Positions 40,099 through 48,966 of a stretch of 64,000 nucleotides of DNA are shown here, one piece after another. A model generated the notes under the pieces. It saw only the letters and a program-made list of their open reading frames with translations. It did not search any database and was not told the origin of the DNA. The first letter of the stretch is position 1. The number at the start of each line of letters is the position of its first letter. Both the position numbers and the translations under genes were made by a program. The DNA is from a phage: sequence record PZ445550.1. One strand, written 5' to 3'.

Positions 40099-41070
40099 TT
40101 AATCGTATACTCGCTCTACTATACATGGGATTACACCACCAGCACGAATCACTCTAATCTGGCAACCAATCTCTAAATCAAGAGAGTTAATATAATCAAC
40201 GTTATTAAGAGTTGCTTTAATAATTGTAGCATCATCAATAATTACTGGTTCGAAATAACCAACTGGAGTTACTTTACCAGAAGCCCCTACTTGCCATTCA
40301 ACTTTAGTAAGAGTTGTAATCTCACCTTCTTCGTCCTCTTTAATAGCAAATGCTCCGCGTGGGAATTTATTAGTCCATCCCTCACGGAAGAATTTATTAT
40401 TATCATTAATACGAACAACTTTACCGTCTGTTGGAATCCATTTAAAAAAGGACCGCACATTAACAACTGTTAAAAAGTTTTCATTTTCTAGCCAAAGCAT
40501 ATCTTTTAAATATGCTTCTGTAATACCTACAGATTCGGAAGAGCACTGAATACCGTAAGCAACAAAAATTAAACCACCTTCCCCTATACGTTGTACGAAA
40601 TCATCACTATCTTTAAGATTAATAGCACCAGAGGCAAAGTTACGTTTATTTTCTACTTCTTTTGTAATTAGAACTTCACCAGTGATTTGGGTTGGTACTT
40701 TTTGAGAAATCTTTTTAGGTATGTTCAGCAATCTTACGTTGCTTGTGACATCATTTCCTAAAATACCGTTACCACGGGTTAGTGCTTGAACAAACTCACC
40801 ATCAATATATAGTAGAGAAATTGCACACCCATCCAGTTTATCTGTTTCTACTTGTCCTAGTGGATTGAATGGTGGTTTGTCTCCACGATTATAGTAAACT
40901 TTCTGCAAAGAATACATACGATATAGATGTGGAATATCACCCTTAGGACCAATCTCTTCTTCCAATGGGAAGCGTTTTACTAGGCAATCATACTCTTCAT
41001 CCGAGATGAGAGACATACCCTGATAATATGCTTCTTGACAACGTTTGATAAATTCTCTTATATTAGTCAT
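40099..41070 (-). CDS. ligA: NAD-dependent DNA ligase, N-terminal subunit (adenylation plus OB fold)
   Basis: KxDG adenylation motif (ETDKLDGCAISLLY); ORF ends where full-length LigA would continue into the zinc finger. Confidence 0.85.
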   Translation of the reverse strand: MTNIREFIKRCQEAYYQGMSLISDEEYDCLVKRFPLEEEIGPKGDIPHLYRMYSLQKVYYNRGDKPPFNPLGQVETDKLDGCAISLLYIDGEFVQALTRGNGILGNDVTSNVRLLNIPKKISQKVPTQITGEVLITKEVENKRNFASGAINLKDSDDFVQRIGEGGLIFVAYGIQCSSESVGITEAYLKDMLWLENENFLTVVNVRSFFKWIPTDGKVVRINDNNKFFREGWTNKFPRGAFAIKEDEEGEITTLTKVEWQVGASGKVTPVGYFEPVIIDDATIIKATLNNVDYINSLDLEIGCQIRVIRAGGVIPCIVERVYD

Positions 41071-41343
41071 TTATTTCACCTCGTAATACATAGGTTGTCT
41101 AGTGGACCCGTGCCATGTATAATTCTTGCACAGATGTAGGTATGTAGTTTTTACTAGCCTATCTGATAGAGGAGAGTATATCTCGGCTATTAGAGTACCT
41201 TTTTCATAGAAGATAGAAACAAACCTATATCCACACCTGGTTTTGGTATATTTCTCTCCGTTAACCTTTTCCTCCCACATAAGAATAAGAGGTTGCCCTA
41301 TGTATGGAAAAGGTTTAAGTGTGCTTATTTTTATCTTTTTCAC
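41071..41343 (-). CDS. Hypothetical early protein
   Basis: 90-aa ORF with GTG start behind GAGAGGG; own promoter upstream. Confidence 0.4.
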   Translation of the reverse strand: MKKIKISTLKPFPYIGQPLILMWEEKVNGEKYTKTRCGYRFVSIFYEKGTLIAEIYSPLSDRLVKTTYLHLCKNYTWHGSTRQPMYYEVK

Positions 41344-41373
41344 TTTACAACCCTCTCATTAATTTATATAAAT

Positions 41374-41402
41374 ATTATATAATAAAATTGGGATGAAAGC
41401 AA
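41374..41402 (-). promoter_or_regulatory. Early promoter
   Basis: Minus strand reads TTGCTT, 17-bp spacer, TATAAT. Confidence 0.55.
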
Positions 41403-41410
41403 GAACATTT

Positions 41411-41446
41411 ATAAAGAAAAAGCCAAGAACTAGGCATTCTTGGCTT
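41411..41446 (-). terminator. Rho-independent terminator
   Basis: Minus-strand hairpin GCCAAGAA-loop-TTCTTGGC followed by TTTTTCTTT. Confidence 0.55.
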
Positions 41447-41738
41447 TGAGTTCTTCAGCTCGTTTCTGTACTTCTTGTAGAACCTCAGATTCACTAAGGA
41501 TCTGTGTAAATGCATAGAAAAGCTGTGATGTTGTTTCTAGGGTGTAAGGGAAAGAGAAACCAGATTTCGTTGGAAACCATTCATCATTAATATCAAGAAG
41601 CCAGTAACGAATACCCATGTATAGATTCCCACGAAATTCAGATACTGTTAATCTTACTTGTTCTCCCTCCTTTTCCCAAAGTATGATAGACTGGTCATCA
41701 ACATGTCCATCGTAGTTTTGATTTACCTGTTCGCTCAT
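41430..41738 (-). CDS. Hypothetical early protein
   Basis: 102-aa ORF. Confidence 0.4.
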   Translation of the reverse strand: MSEQVNQNYDGHVDDQSIILWEKEGEQVRLTVSEFRGNLYMGIRYWLLDINDEWFPTKSGFSFPYTLETTSQLFYAFTQILSESEVLQEVQKRAEELKAKNA

Positions 41739-41788
41739 TTACATATCCCAAATACACAAAAAGCCCCATATAGGGGCTAATTGGTTTC

Positions 41789-42085
41789 TTATCGGCCTAC
41801 TGGAGAAGCACGATCTAACTCTGACTGGAGACTAGTCACACGGCGGACTTTCTCAACAGGAATAAAACGGAAGCTATCATTAGTACGAGAGAAGACAAGA
41901 ATTTCATTATCTTTCGCCTTACGAATACGTTCACGTTTAATACGCTCAGCCAAATATTTATCTTGGGCTGGATCAAATTCCATCGTACCCTGAAGGTACG
42001 TGGTTCCTTTCTGACGAAGTTTTTCGTAATGAAGATAAAACTCACCAAATTTTTCGCACTGTGCAATAATTTCAGCTTTGGTCAT
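41789..42085 (-). CDS. Hypothetical early protein
   Basis: 98-aa ORF, basic and coiled-coil-like. Confidence 0.4.
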   Translation of the reverse strand: MTKAEIIAQCEKFGEFYLHYEKLRQKGTTYLQGTMEFDPAQDKYLAERIKRERIRKAKDNEILVFSRTNDSFRFIPVEKVRRVTSLQSELDRASPVGR

Positions 42086-42122
42086 AACTGTAGTTCCTTT
42101 TGTTGGTGGATTTATCTAGAAA

Positions 42123-42533
42123 TTACTTAGTGATAGCTCGGATTGCTTCTGCTAGGTGAGCAGCCGCTTTACCAGTCAATTTATCAATAATTGCATCATC
42201 CAAGAAGTCAGATGCTAGACCTGCATCAGAGAATGCAGCACGAAGATCTGAGTGGGCCTGGGCTTTAGAAGTACGGGAACCGCCAGAAGATTTTTCTCCA
42301 GTAGATGCACTTGATTTAGCCGTAGAACCAGCAGCTTTCTTAATATACAGACCTGCTTTGGTTAACTTCATACGGAATCCGTTCGGAGTTACACCATTTT
42401 CCTGGGCAATTTCGCTAACAATTTCCATGCTAACACCAGGACGTTCATCCTCTGGGAATTGTTCCATACGAGCAACATATTCGGAAGACATTTTTTCAAA
42501 CAGTTCATCAGTCCACTGAGTTGGGGTAGTCAT
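42123..42533 (-). CDS. Hypothetical early protein (Ala/Ser-rich)
   Basis: 136-aa ORF with E. coli-optimal codons; ATG sits about 55 nt downstream of a promoter. Confidence 0.45.
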   Translation of the reverse strand: MTTPTQWTDELFEKMSSEYVARMEQFPEDERPGVSMEIVSEIAQENGVTPNGFRMKLTKAGLYIKKAAGSTAKSSASTGEKSSGGSRTSKAQAHSDLRAAFSDAGLASDFLDDAIIDKLTGKAAAHLAEAIRAITK

Positions 42534-42590
42534 ATTTTATATTTCCTTAATTAAGAATTAAACAGAATAGTTCTTTCAAACTATGAGAAT

Positions 42591-42619
42591 ATTATATCAA
42601 GAATTATAGGATTAAGCAA
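42591..42619 (-). promoter_or_regulatory. Early promoter
   Basis: Minus strand reads TTGCTT, 17-bp spacer, TATAAT. Confidence 0.55.
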
Positions 42620-42636
42620 CTGAAATTTTTCAGTAA

Positions 42637-42888
42637 TTACTCCACTAGGCCTACAGCGAGCATATCATCAATGCTGGCAATCTCCCAATCATCAGCAATA
42701 GCTTCACATACTGTTATATTAACAACCTCACTGTACGGATAATTACCCGCTACCCAAATATGTTGAGTAGCTACATCTAAATCAGCATCTAAAGTTAGCA
42801 GCACTAAGCCATAGTTATCATTATTCCAGCTTTTTCTGTATAGTGTTTTTGTTTCACCATCCTTTAACAGCTCTGTTAATTTACTCAC
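42637..42888 (-). CDS. Hypothetical early protein
   Basis: ORF with probable GTG start at 42888 overlapping the upstream stop codon. Confidence 0.35.
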   Translation of the reverse strand: MSKLTELLKDGETKTLYRKSWNNDNYGLVLLTLDADLDVATQHIWVAGNYPYSEVVNITVCEAIADDWEIASIDDMLAVGLVE

Positions 42889-43585
42889 GGCGTTTTCCTT
42901 TCTCTTTATCAAGTTTCAGAGCAGCTTTGACAGCTTCATTAATCAACGTGATTACTTCTTCTCGAGTCCATTTATATCCTAAGGATTTTACATCAACCCC
43001 TAGCTTTTCCAGATGCTTTACAGAAGCTAATTCATAATTCATATAATGAACGTTCTGCTGTTTACCTTCCGATAGTAGCCAAACTCGATAACAACCAACA
43101 GGATTATCCATTGCTTTTTTGATTTCACCGATACATTGATAGCCAGGAACCCAAACTAGTTCTCCGACTTCAAATTCTTCAGCTACTGCATCATCAGGGA
43201 TGATTGGCGGATTTAATGGGTCTACAATATCGTTAAGACGAAGCAGAGCACCATAGCGTTCCAAAACTGATTTAACCATTGCTACCGAACGATAATTACG
43301 ATCTGCAATCTCTTCAAAAGAATCACCAGATAGATACTGTTCAATAACGTTGGCTAACTCGATGCCTTCAATGAGTGTACCACGTTTCTTTTTCTTCATC
43401 TCGGCAACTTGAATCTGACGGTCTTGCCATTCTTCAATCATCCTTTCCATAGTCGGATTAGAAGAAACACCGAGCATTTCACACGCTGCTTTCTTAGTAC
43501 CACCGTTCTCCAGATGCTCTATAACCTTTTTAAAGACTTCATCCGGGATTTCATGGATATGTTTCTTTCTGCGAGAACCAGCCAT
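42881..43585 (-). CDS. Putative HTH DNA-binding early protein
   Basis: 234 aa; predicted helix-turn-helix (GGTKKAACEMLGVSSNPTMERMI); first gene behind a P_N25-like promoter. Confidence 0.45.
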   Translation of the reverse strand: MAGSRRKKHIHEIPDEVFKKVIEHLENGGTKKAACEMLGVSSNPTMERMIEEWQDRQIQVAEMKKKKRGTLIEGIELANVIEQYLSGDSFEEIADRNYRSVAMVKSVLERYGALLRLNDIVDPLNPPIIPDDAVAEEFEVGELVWVPGYQCIGEIKKAMDNPVGCYRVWLLSEGKQQNVHYMNYELASVKHLEKLGVDVKSLGYKWTREEVITLINEAVKAALKLDKEKGKRRE

Positions 43586-43626
43586 ATTTAAACTCCTCTC
43601 TCAAATTTATGAATCTATTATACAGA

Positions 43627-43655
43627 AATTTTTTGCATTATGCAAATAAATTTTT
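43627..43655 (-). promoter_or_regulatory. Strong early promoter, T5 P_N25-like
   Basis: Minus strand: TTGCAT, 17-bp spacer, TATAAT, then AGATTCATAAATTTGAGAGAGGAG leader, which matches the T5 P_N25 promoter as recalled. Confidence 0.65.
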
Positions 43656-43896
43656 ACGATTCCTTGAGCAAAGAAGCAAGTTCAGCATAGACTTTATCTA
43701 ACTCAAAGCCGATGCGAAGAGACACGTTAGTTTTCCGTTGTTTAAGTAACCACTCGGATATGTTAGGGATACCAGCTAATCTATGTGGTACCACCCTACA
43801 TAGCTTTTCCGAAGTATCGTAAACAGGAACTTTACGCTCTTTTACTGGAAACTTCCTTGTTTCCCATTTTTTATTCTTCGCTGTCATTCCTAGCAC
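43654..43896 (-). CDS. Hypothetical early protein
   Basis: 80-aa ORF overlapping the 3' end of the large helicase gene. Confidence 0.35.
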   Translation of the reverse strand: MLGMTAKNKKWETRKFPVKERKVPVYDTSEKLCRVVPHRLAGIPNISEWLLKQRKTNVSLRIGFELDKVYAELASLLKES

Positions 43897-46738
43897 CTAA
43901 CTCTGCCATTGCTTCATCATGCATATGTTTCTCCTCATCGGTCATAAACTTATAAGGAATTGGCATACACTCGATTTTACAATAGGTTCTGTACCAGTCT
44001 ATAATATTCTCCGTGTTCATATCCTTACCAATACCCATCATACCAAGATACATTCTCGCATATTTTGGGTTAGCACTCTGACCTGTTTTAAGAAAGAAAT
44101 CTTTTTTCTTACCTTTCAGAGCTTCTATGAAGGGTTTGATAGTGACATTTGAACACTTCTTAATATCTTCCCAAAACATCTCGTGCATTTTATGAAAGAA
44201 TGCAGCTCGATCATTTGGTTTATCTTTGATATACTGCTCAACATGCTCTACTGTTACGTCTTTAATAGACTCAAGATGGTAGTAGCGAACAAGGAGTAGT
44301 TTAGCTTCATATGCATCCGCATGGCGTGGAGCACAGTAATCAGGGGTTGAGTGCAGGATAGCTTTAATTCGCTCTTCTGTATATTCTTTACCCGCACCTT
44401 CAATAGTTCCCCAGCTTTCACTGAAAATATCAATAGTTGCTCCCTGATCTAGCAGATAATAACGTAAAGTACTGGTATAATTCCTAGATTCAAGCTCCCT
44501 ACGACGTGCGTATAATTGTTGGGCTAATTCTAACCAACCTTCATCAATATTATACTGTTCAGAACCTGCTGAGAATCCACTAGTGGATTTATCTATAAAA
44601 TAATAGATATTCTGAGCACCACGGTCGCGCCTAATTGCTTGAAAACGCATGTTTGGTGCTTGGTTACTAGTTCTAGTAATAACGAATACGTTATCAAAAT
44701 AATTAAAGTCAACCCCACTCGTTACTGATGGACTACATAATAAACAATCAATCTGTTGATCAATTAGCTCATTAGTTGTGTAATCCAGAATACGTCTAAT
44801 ATCCACATCAGACGTAGAGTTTGAGTGGATTTCCTTAACTAACGCACCAGTATTACGACGCAGTGCCATACCTTTTTCGTTAAGTTCATCAGGCCCACAA
44901 TCAGATACTAGAATTGATTTCTCACCCATCTCTAAAGATGTTTGAAGTGCAACCCAAATACTGGATTCATCGGGAAACTCATACGCATGAGCCTTTGATA
45001 GCATTTTACGGTGATGGTTATAAAATGCTACTGGTTTATCAAAATCAATAAGAGAACCATAAGCTTCAATCGTCTCAGCACTAATATCGCCATCCGATAA
45101 TATTACAGTTTTAGCTGTCATGAGAATATCACGAAGAACCTGAATACACTCACGGCGTTGTTTAACAACTGGAGCGAACAGCAGATCATTCATTACAGCG
45201 TCGCATTCATCAATAAAAATGGTGTCTATTTGACCAATGAAACTCTTAAATTTGTGCAAAGAATGGATAGTTGTAGACATACGATCAATAGCGCCGCGCT
45301 TAAAATTAAGCATATCAACTGATTTATCATACTGTCCCGCACTAAACTTTTTGGCATTTGAGGATACAAGTGCTCTAGTATTTGTAACTGCCAAAAAATT
45401 TCCTGGAAGAACGCCAGCATCAAGCCATTTAGTTACTGCCGTAGTTTTACCCGTACCAAGACTTGCCTTAACAAATGTTATATGATTTTTTGGAGGCACA
45501 ATGTTAATCTTCAGATATGGGACTTCTGGGGGAGAATCAGTATCTAGACGTTTTAATGGTACACCTTTTAGATTTGGTGGAATCTCACGTTTGGAATTGT
45601 TCACAAACGCTTTAAGAGCTTGCTTACGACCATTATTAAAATAATCTTGAATATTACGACTGTTATCTTTTGTTGCAATATATTCGGATAAAGCAGGTTT
45701 AATCTCACGTTCTAACCATGCAAAATCAACACCATCCTCTAGTGCTCTGTGATAAAGCTTTGGTATAATACGTAGATACACCCCATCCTCAGCTTCTTCT
45801 AATTCGCTGATGGTTTCTTCTACTTTATCAGATGCGATCTTTTTACCTTTAATTTGGTCAAGTAAAGAATAGAACTCTTCCTTAAACTCCCCTCTAGTTG
45901 TTTCATAGTCAACTAGATTATTAGGCAGATTTATTTTCGAACCTTTAACATACACTAGACGTGGTTTATTCTCCGCTTTAAACGGATCAACTATACCATC
46001 ATTAAATAAAGGATCAGCAAAATAGTGAAGCTGTACAGAAGAGTAATAAGCTAAGTCGGCAATATCAAAGCCATACTTTTGTTTACTACTGTCATTGATA
46101 GATGTAAATAAGAACTTTAATTGCCCTTGTGTTACCTTAACATTAGATTCTAGTATTAAGTGCATTCGGATACCTGGTTTTAGTCCAGCCGAAGACGATG
46201 CATGAGCAATAAACCCTGCATCAAGAGGAAACATATCCTCACTAATACTATTCAACATCTTAATAATATGCCGCGCCATACCAACAAGATTAAACTTGTC
46301 ATAGCCACCAGTATCTATAATACCATCCACATCCATAGCGACTATATGGCTAGGGTTGGAAACATTAAAGTTACCTCGGATACGACGAACATTATCTTTT
46401 GGAGCTAAACATTTACCACGAATAGCTACAATATGCGGATCCCTTGTGAGACGACGCATAATAGGCAACATTTCAGCAAGATTCTGTGGGTCAAGTTCTT
46501 CAAGTACATCAAATTTGAAGGGCATGGAAGCTGGTTTACCTTCTGGATGCTCTTTAGAGAATCTCTTTGCAAAGGTATAATCTTCCGCTTTGATCTCTTT
46601 CCAGATACCTGTGGCTTTATCTCTGGAAAATCCTGCATGACCTTGTAGGATTGAGAACACAACAGTACTCCTATGTTGGTTATTCGGATATTTTTCTCTA
46701 GGACTATTCAGAAAGAATAGAACAACTATTACTACCAT
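43871..46738 (-). CDS. Large SF2-type ATPase/helicase, putative replication origin-binding protein
   Basis: Walker A SLGTGKTT, Walker B IFIDECD, helicase C motifs; N-terminal start uncertain. Confidence 0.6.
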   Translation of the reverse strand: MVVIVVLFFLNSPREKYPNNQHRSTVVFSILQGHAGFSRDKATGIWKEIKAEDYTFAKRFSKEHPEGKPASMPFKFDVLEELDPQNLAEMLPIMRRLTRDPHIVAIRGKCLAPKDNVRRIRGNFNVSNPSHIVAMDVDGIIDTGGYDKFNLVGMARHIIKMLNSISEDMFPLDAGFIAHASSSAGLKPGIRMHLILESNVKVTQGQLKFLFTSINDSSKQKYGFDIADLAYYSSVQLHYFADPLFNDGIVDPFKAENKPRLVYVKGSKINLPNNLVDYETTRGEFKEEFYSLLDQIKGKKIASDKVEETISELEEAEDGVYLRIIPKLYHRALEDGVDFAWLEREIKPALSEYIATKDNSRNIQDYFNNGRKQALKAFVNNSKREIPPNLKGVPLKRLDTDSPPEVPYLKINIVPPKNHITFVKASLGTGKTTAVTKWLDAGVLPGNFLAVTNTRALVSSNAKKFSAGQYDKSVDMLNFKRGAIDRMSTTIHSLHKFKSFIGQIDTIFIDECDAVMNDLLFAPVVKQRRECIQVLRDILMTAKTVILSDGDISAETIEAYGSLIDFDKPVAFYNHHRKMLSKAHAYEFPDESSIWVALQTSLEMGEKSILVSDCGPDELNEKGMALRRNTGALVKEIHSNSTSDVDIRRILDYTTNELIDQQIDCLLCSPSVTSGVDFNYFDNVFVITRTSNQAPNMRFQAIRRDRGAQNIYYFIDKSTSGFSAGSEQYNIDEGWLELAQQLYARRRELESRNYTSTLRYYLLDQGATIDIFSESWGTIEGAGKEYTEERIKAILHSTPDYCAPRHADAYEAKLLLVRYYHLESIKDVTVEHVEQYIKDKPNDRAAFFHKMHEMFWEDIKKCSNVTIKPFIEALKGKKKDFFLKTGQSANPKYARMYLGMMGIGKDMNTENIIDWYRTYCKIECMPIPYKFMTDEEKHMHDEAMAELGARNDSEE

Positions 46739-47158
46739 CTATACAAAACATTAATTATCATCAAGCAGTATGAATAAGTTATCATACCTCAGTGCTACAC
46801 TCTCTTAACTCTTATCCAGACCAGAACCTAGGTCATTGGCCGCTAAGCCGATTCTGATTGCCCTCACTATCCTATTGGTAGGTGGCTACTGGACGTGTCA
46901 CCATTCGCTGCTCTTTTCGTTCGCACCCCCATATAAAGCTCTGCCTATATAACGAGCTAAATATGCACGGTTTGGATTTACCTTTCCGAATTCAGGGTAT
47001 GCAGATCACTTAATTGATAATTAACTAATGTAGTATAAACACTAGTAATAGTTAAAACAACCCTTAATGGGGCAGCCTAACTGTTCCGTATCGCGGATTG
47101 TAAACAAGAAAAATTAGCAAAATCAATTTTTACTAATGTCTCTCACTTCAATATAAAT

Positions 47159-47187
47159 ATTATATCAAGATTTTGAGCATCGTGCAA
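47159..47187 (-). promoter_or_regulatory. Early promoter with about 400-nt leader
   Basis: Minus strand reads TTGCAC, 17-bp spacer, TATAAT. Confidence 0.5.
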
Positions 47188-47227
47188 CAAAAATTTTAAA
47201 GATGGTGCTATCAGTGTCTTTGAGCAC

Positions 47228-47256
47228 AGTGAAAACCGAGTCATTTTGACTCGGTA
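47228..47256 (-). terminator. Rho-independent terminator ending the Sir2 operon
   Basis: Minus-strand hairpin ACCGAGTCA-AAA-TGACTCGGT followed by TTTTCAC. Confidence 0.6.
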
Positions 47257-47278
47257 ATCAGTATTGGGCTAAGGAAAA

Positions 47279-47677
47279 TCAATTATCATTCAGACCTGGG
47301 ATGTAAATCCCAATGCGATTTAATTGATCTTTAGCTTCTTCAAGAATATCTTCGGTGTATTCCCAAATATCATCTTCTACTTGCAAAAGATAATGGGATT
47401 CTCCAGTTTCTGGGTCACGCGTAATAGCTAAACCACGTGGATGGAATACAGAGAAATTAAGGGCAACAATCAACCCCATACCTGATAATTCATTCCAGTC
47501 GGCTTCCCACCCATCCATCTCATCTTCATCTACAAAGATTCCAGTACTGGAATCTGTTATATCCATAAAGGGAAATACTACACTAACTTTCTCAGCTCCA
47601 AGCCAGCGTGCGAGCAATCCTTCAGCACGCTCCACTAAACTAGGATCGATCTGACGCCAATATACTTGTTCCATCAT
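47279..47677 (-). CDS. Hypothetical protein, paralog A
   Basis: 132 aa; shares GMGL(I/V)(V/F)ALN and C-terminal G(I/Y)(Y/Q)IPGL motifs with the adjacent ORF. Confidence 0.5.
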   Translation of the reverse strand: MMEQVYWRQIDPSLVERAEGLLARWLGAEKVSVVFPFMDITDSSTGIFVDEDEMDGWEADWNELSGMGLIVALNFSVFHPRGLAITRDPETGESHYLLQVEDDIWEYTEDILEEAKDQLNRIGIYIPGLNDN

Positions 47678-47683
47678 GCCTCC

Positions 47684-48112
47684 TTAGGCAGTTAAACCCG
47701 GAATTTGATAACCAAAACGGCGAAGTTTTTGGATACCCTCATTTACTTCTTCTGGTGAATAAGACCAACCATACTGTTCATTAACCTGAAAACCAGGAGA
47801 TTCACTAGTCTTATAGTTAATTACAATTCGATGCTTAACAGGCATAAATAGTTTATAGTTTAATGCAAAGACTAACCCCATTTCATCTAACTCTTTCCAG
47901 CCAATAATCTCCTCCACACCATCCTCTAGTTGTACTACTAGTCCCATGCATGAAGTTTCTTCTATATCATCCTTAAATGCAAAAGAAATATCATTATTTT
48001 CACACCAAACCTTTAAGGAGTTAATAGCTTCATTATACAAGTTATTAGGAAGAGTTCGCCAAAAATTGACCAGTACCGGATTAGTTTCCTTAAAAAATAC
48101 ATTATTAAACAT
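47684..48112 (-). CDS. Hypothetical protein, paralog B
   Basis: 142 aa; tandem paralog of 47279-47677. Confidence 0.5.
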   Translation of the reverse strand: MFNNVFFKETNPVLVNFWRTLPNNLYNEAINSLKVWCENNDISFAFKDDIEETSCMGLVVQLEDGVEEIIGWKELDEMGLVFALNYKLFMPVKHRIVINYKTSESPGFQVNEQYGWSYSPEEVNEGIQKLRRFGYQIPGLTA

Positions 48113-48114
48113 AC

Positions 48115-48621
48115 TTATACCTTAAATTGTTGTAATGATTTACACATCTCAAGCTCTGGACTAAACTCCAGCATATAGCGAGCAGCCATTAGATCTTGAA
48201 GATTTATACCAGTCTTACCATTGACTATAACTGTAGGATACTGATACATCATAGCGCCAGCGTCATCCAATACACACCAGTGCTTAAGTTTGTGTTTTTC
48301 TACAAACCTAAGTACAGAATTACCCCTAGATAATCCACCACCAGTAAAATCCGTTGTACCTAAAAAACGATCGATAAGACCTAATCCGGTCATAATCCGA
48401 ACGTTCTCCATCTCATTTTTAACAGAAAACCATGAAGATACCCCAACAATCATTATTGAAGAGGGACGAATAAAATCCTGAAAAGCCTTGAGAAGCGGTT
48501 TAAAAACCCAATCACCCCCGAAGAAGATCTTTTCATCGTCAGGTGCATGGTGGTGAGAGATGCTAGAATTGAGCACCCCATCAATGTCTAGAAAAATAAT
48601 CGGAGTATTACTTATTTCCAT
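48115..48621 (-). CDS. HAD-like hydrolase/phosphatase (putative)
   Basis: N-terminal IIFLDIDGVLNS matches HAD motif I (DxDG[TV]). Confidence 0.5.
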   Translation of the reverse strand: MEISNTPIIFLDIDGVLNSSISHHHAPDDEKIFFGGDWVFKPLLKAFQDFIRPSSIMIVGVSSWFSVKNEMENVRIMTGLGLIDRFLGTTDFTGGGLSRGNSVLRFVEKHKLKHWCVLDDAGAMMYQYPTVIVNGKTGINLQDLMAARYMLEFSPELEMCKSLQQFKV

Positions 48622-48823
48622 TTTTGTTCCTTTCTAAGAACTTATCATACTCAACCGTATCAGTATATATGACACCATAGTCATCAGATTTATAATCCAT
48701 TTCCCATAGTTCACAGCGATAACACCAACTACCATCCGCCCATACAAATATATCATCAGGGTGTGTATACACAGATTTAACTATGGACATATTTGTTTTC
48801 CCCCCTCTCCGGAGGATAACCAT
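48608..48823 (-). CDS. Hypothetical small protein (WCYR motif)
   Basis: Shares DIF...G.WCYR motif with 48781-48966. Confidence 0.35.
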   Translation of the reverse strand: MVILRRGGKTNMSIVKSVYTHPDDIFVWADGSWCYRCELWEMDYKSDDYGVIYTDTVEYDKFLERNKNGNK

Positions 48824-48966
48824 ATATCCTCCGTAGTATAGATAATTTTATATGTATTGCCCAATCTTTCTTTTACACTAGCAAATCTATAGGCAAACCT
48901 ATAACACCAAATACCAGATTCGGTTATAAAAATATCCCATTCATTATTTATTGCTTCCTGGCACAT
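48781..48966 (-). CDS. Hypothetical small protein (WCYR motif)
   Basis: 61-aa ORF, paralogous motif to 48608-48823. Confidence 0.35.
   Translation of the reverse strand: MCQEAINNEWDIFITESGIWCYRFAYRFASVKERLGNTYKIIYTTEDIWLSSGEGGKQICP

Noticed and set aside
46800-46935. Possible tRNA in the GC-richer core of the 46739-47278 ORF-free region
   Set aside because: No convincing cloverleaf found by eye: no T-arm GTTCGAATC-type loop with a 7-bp acceptor stem on either strand. Kept only as an unresolved ncRNA candidate.
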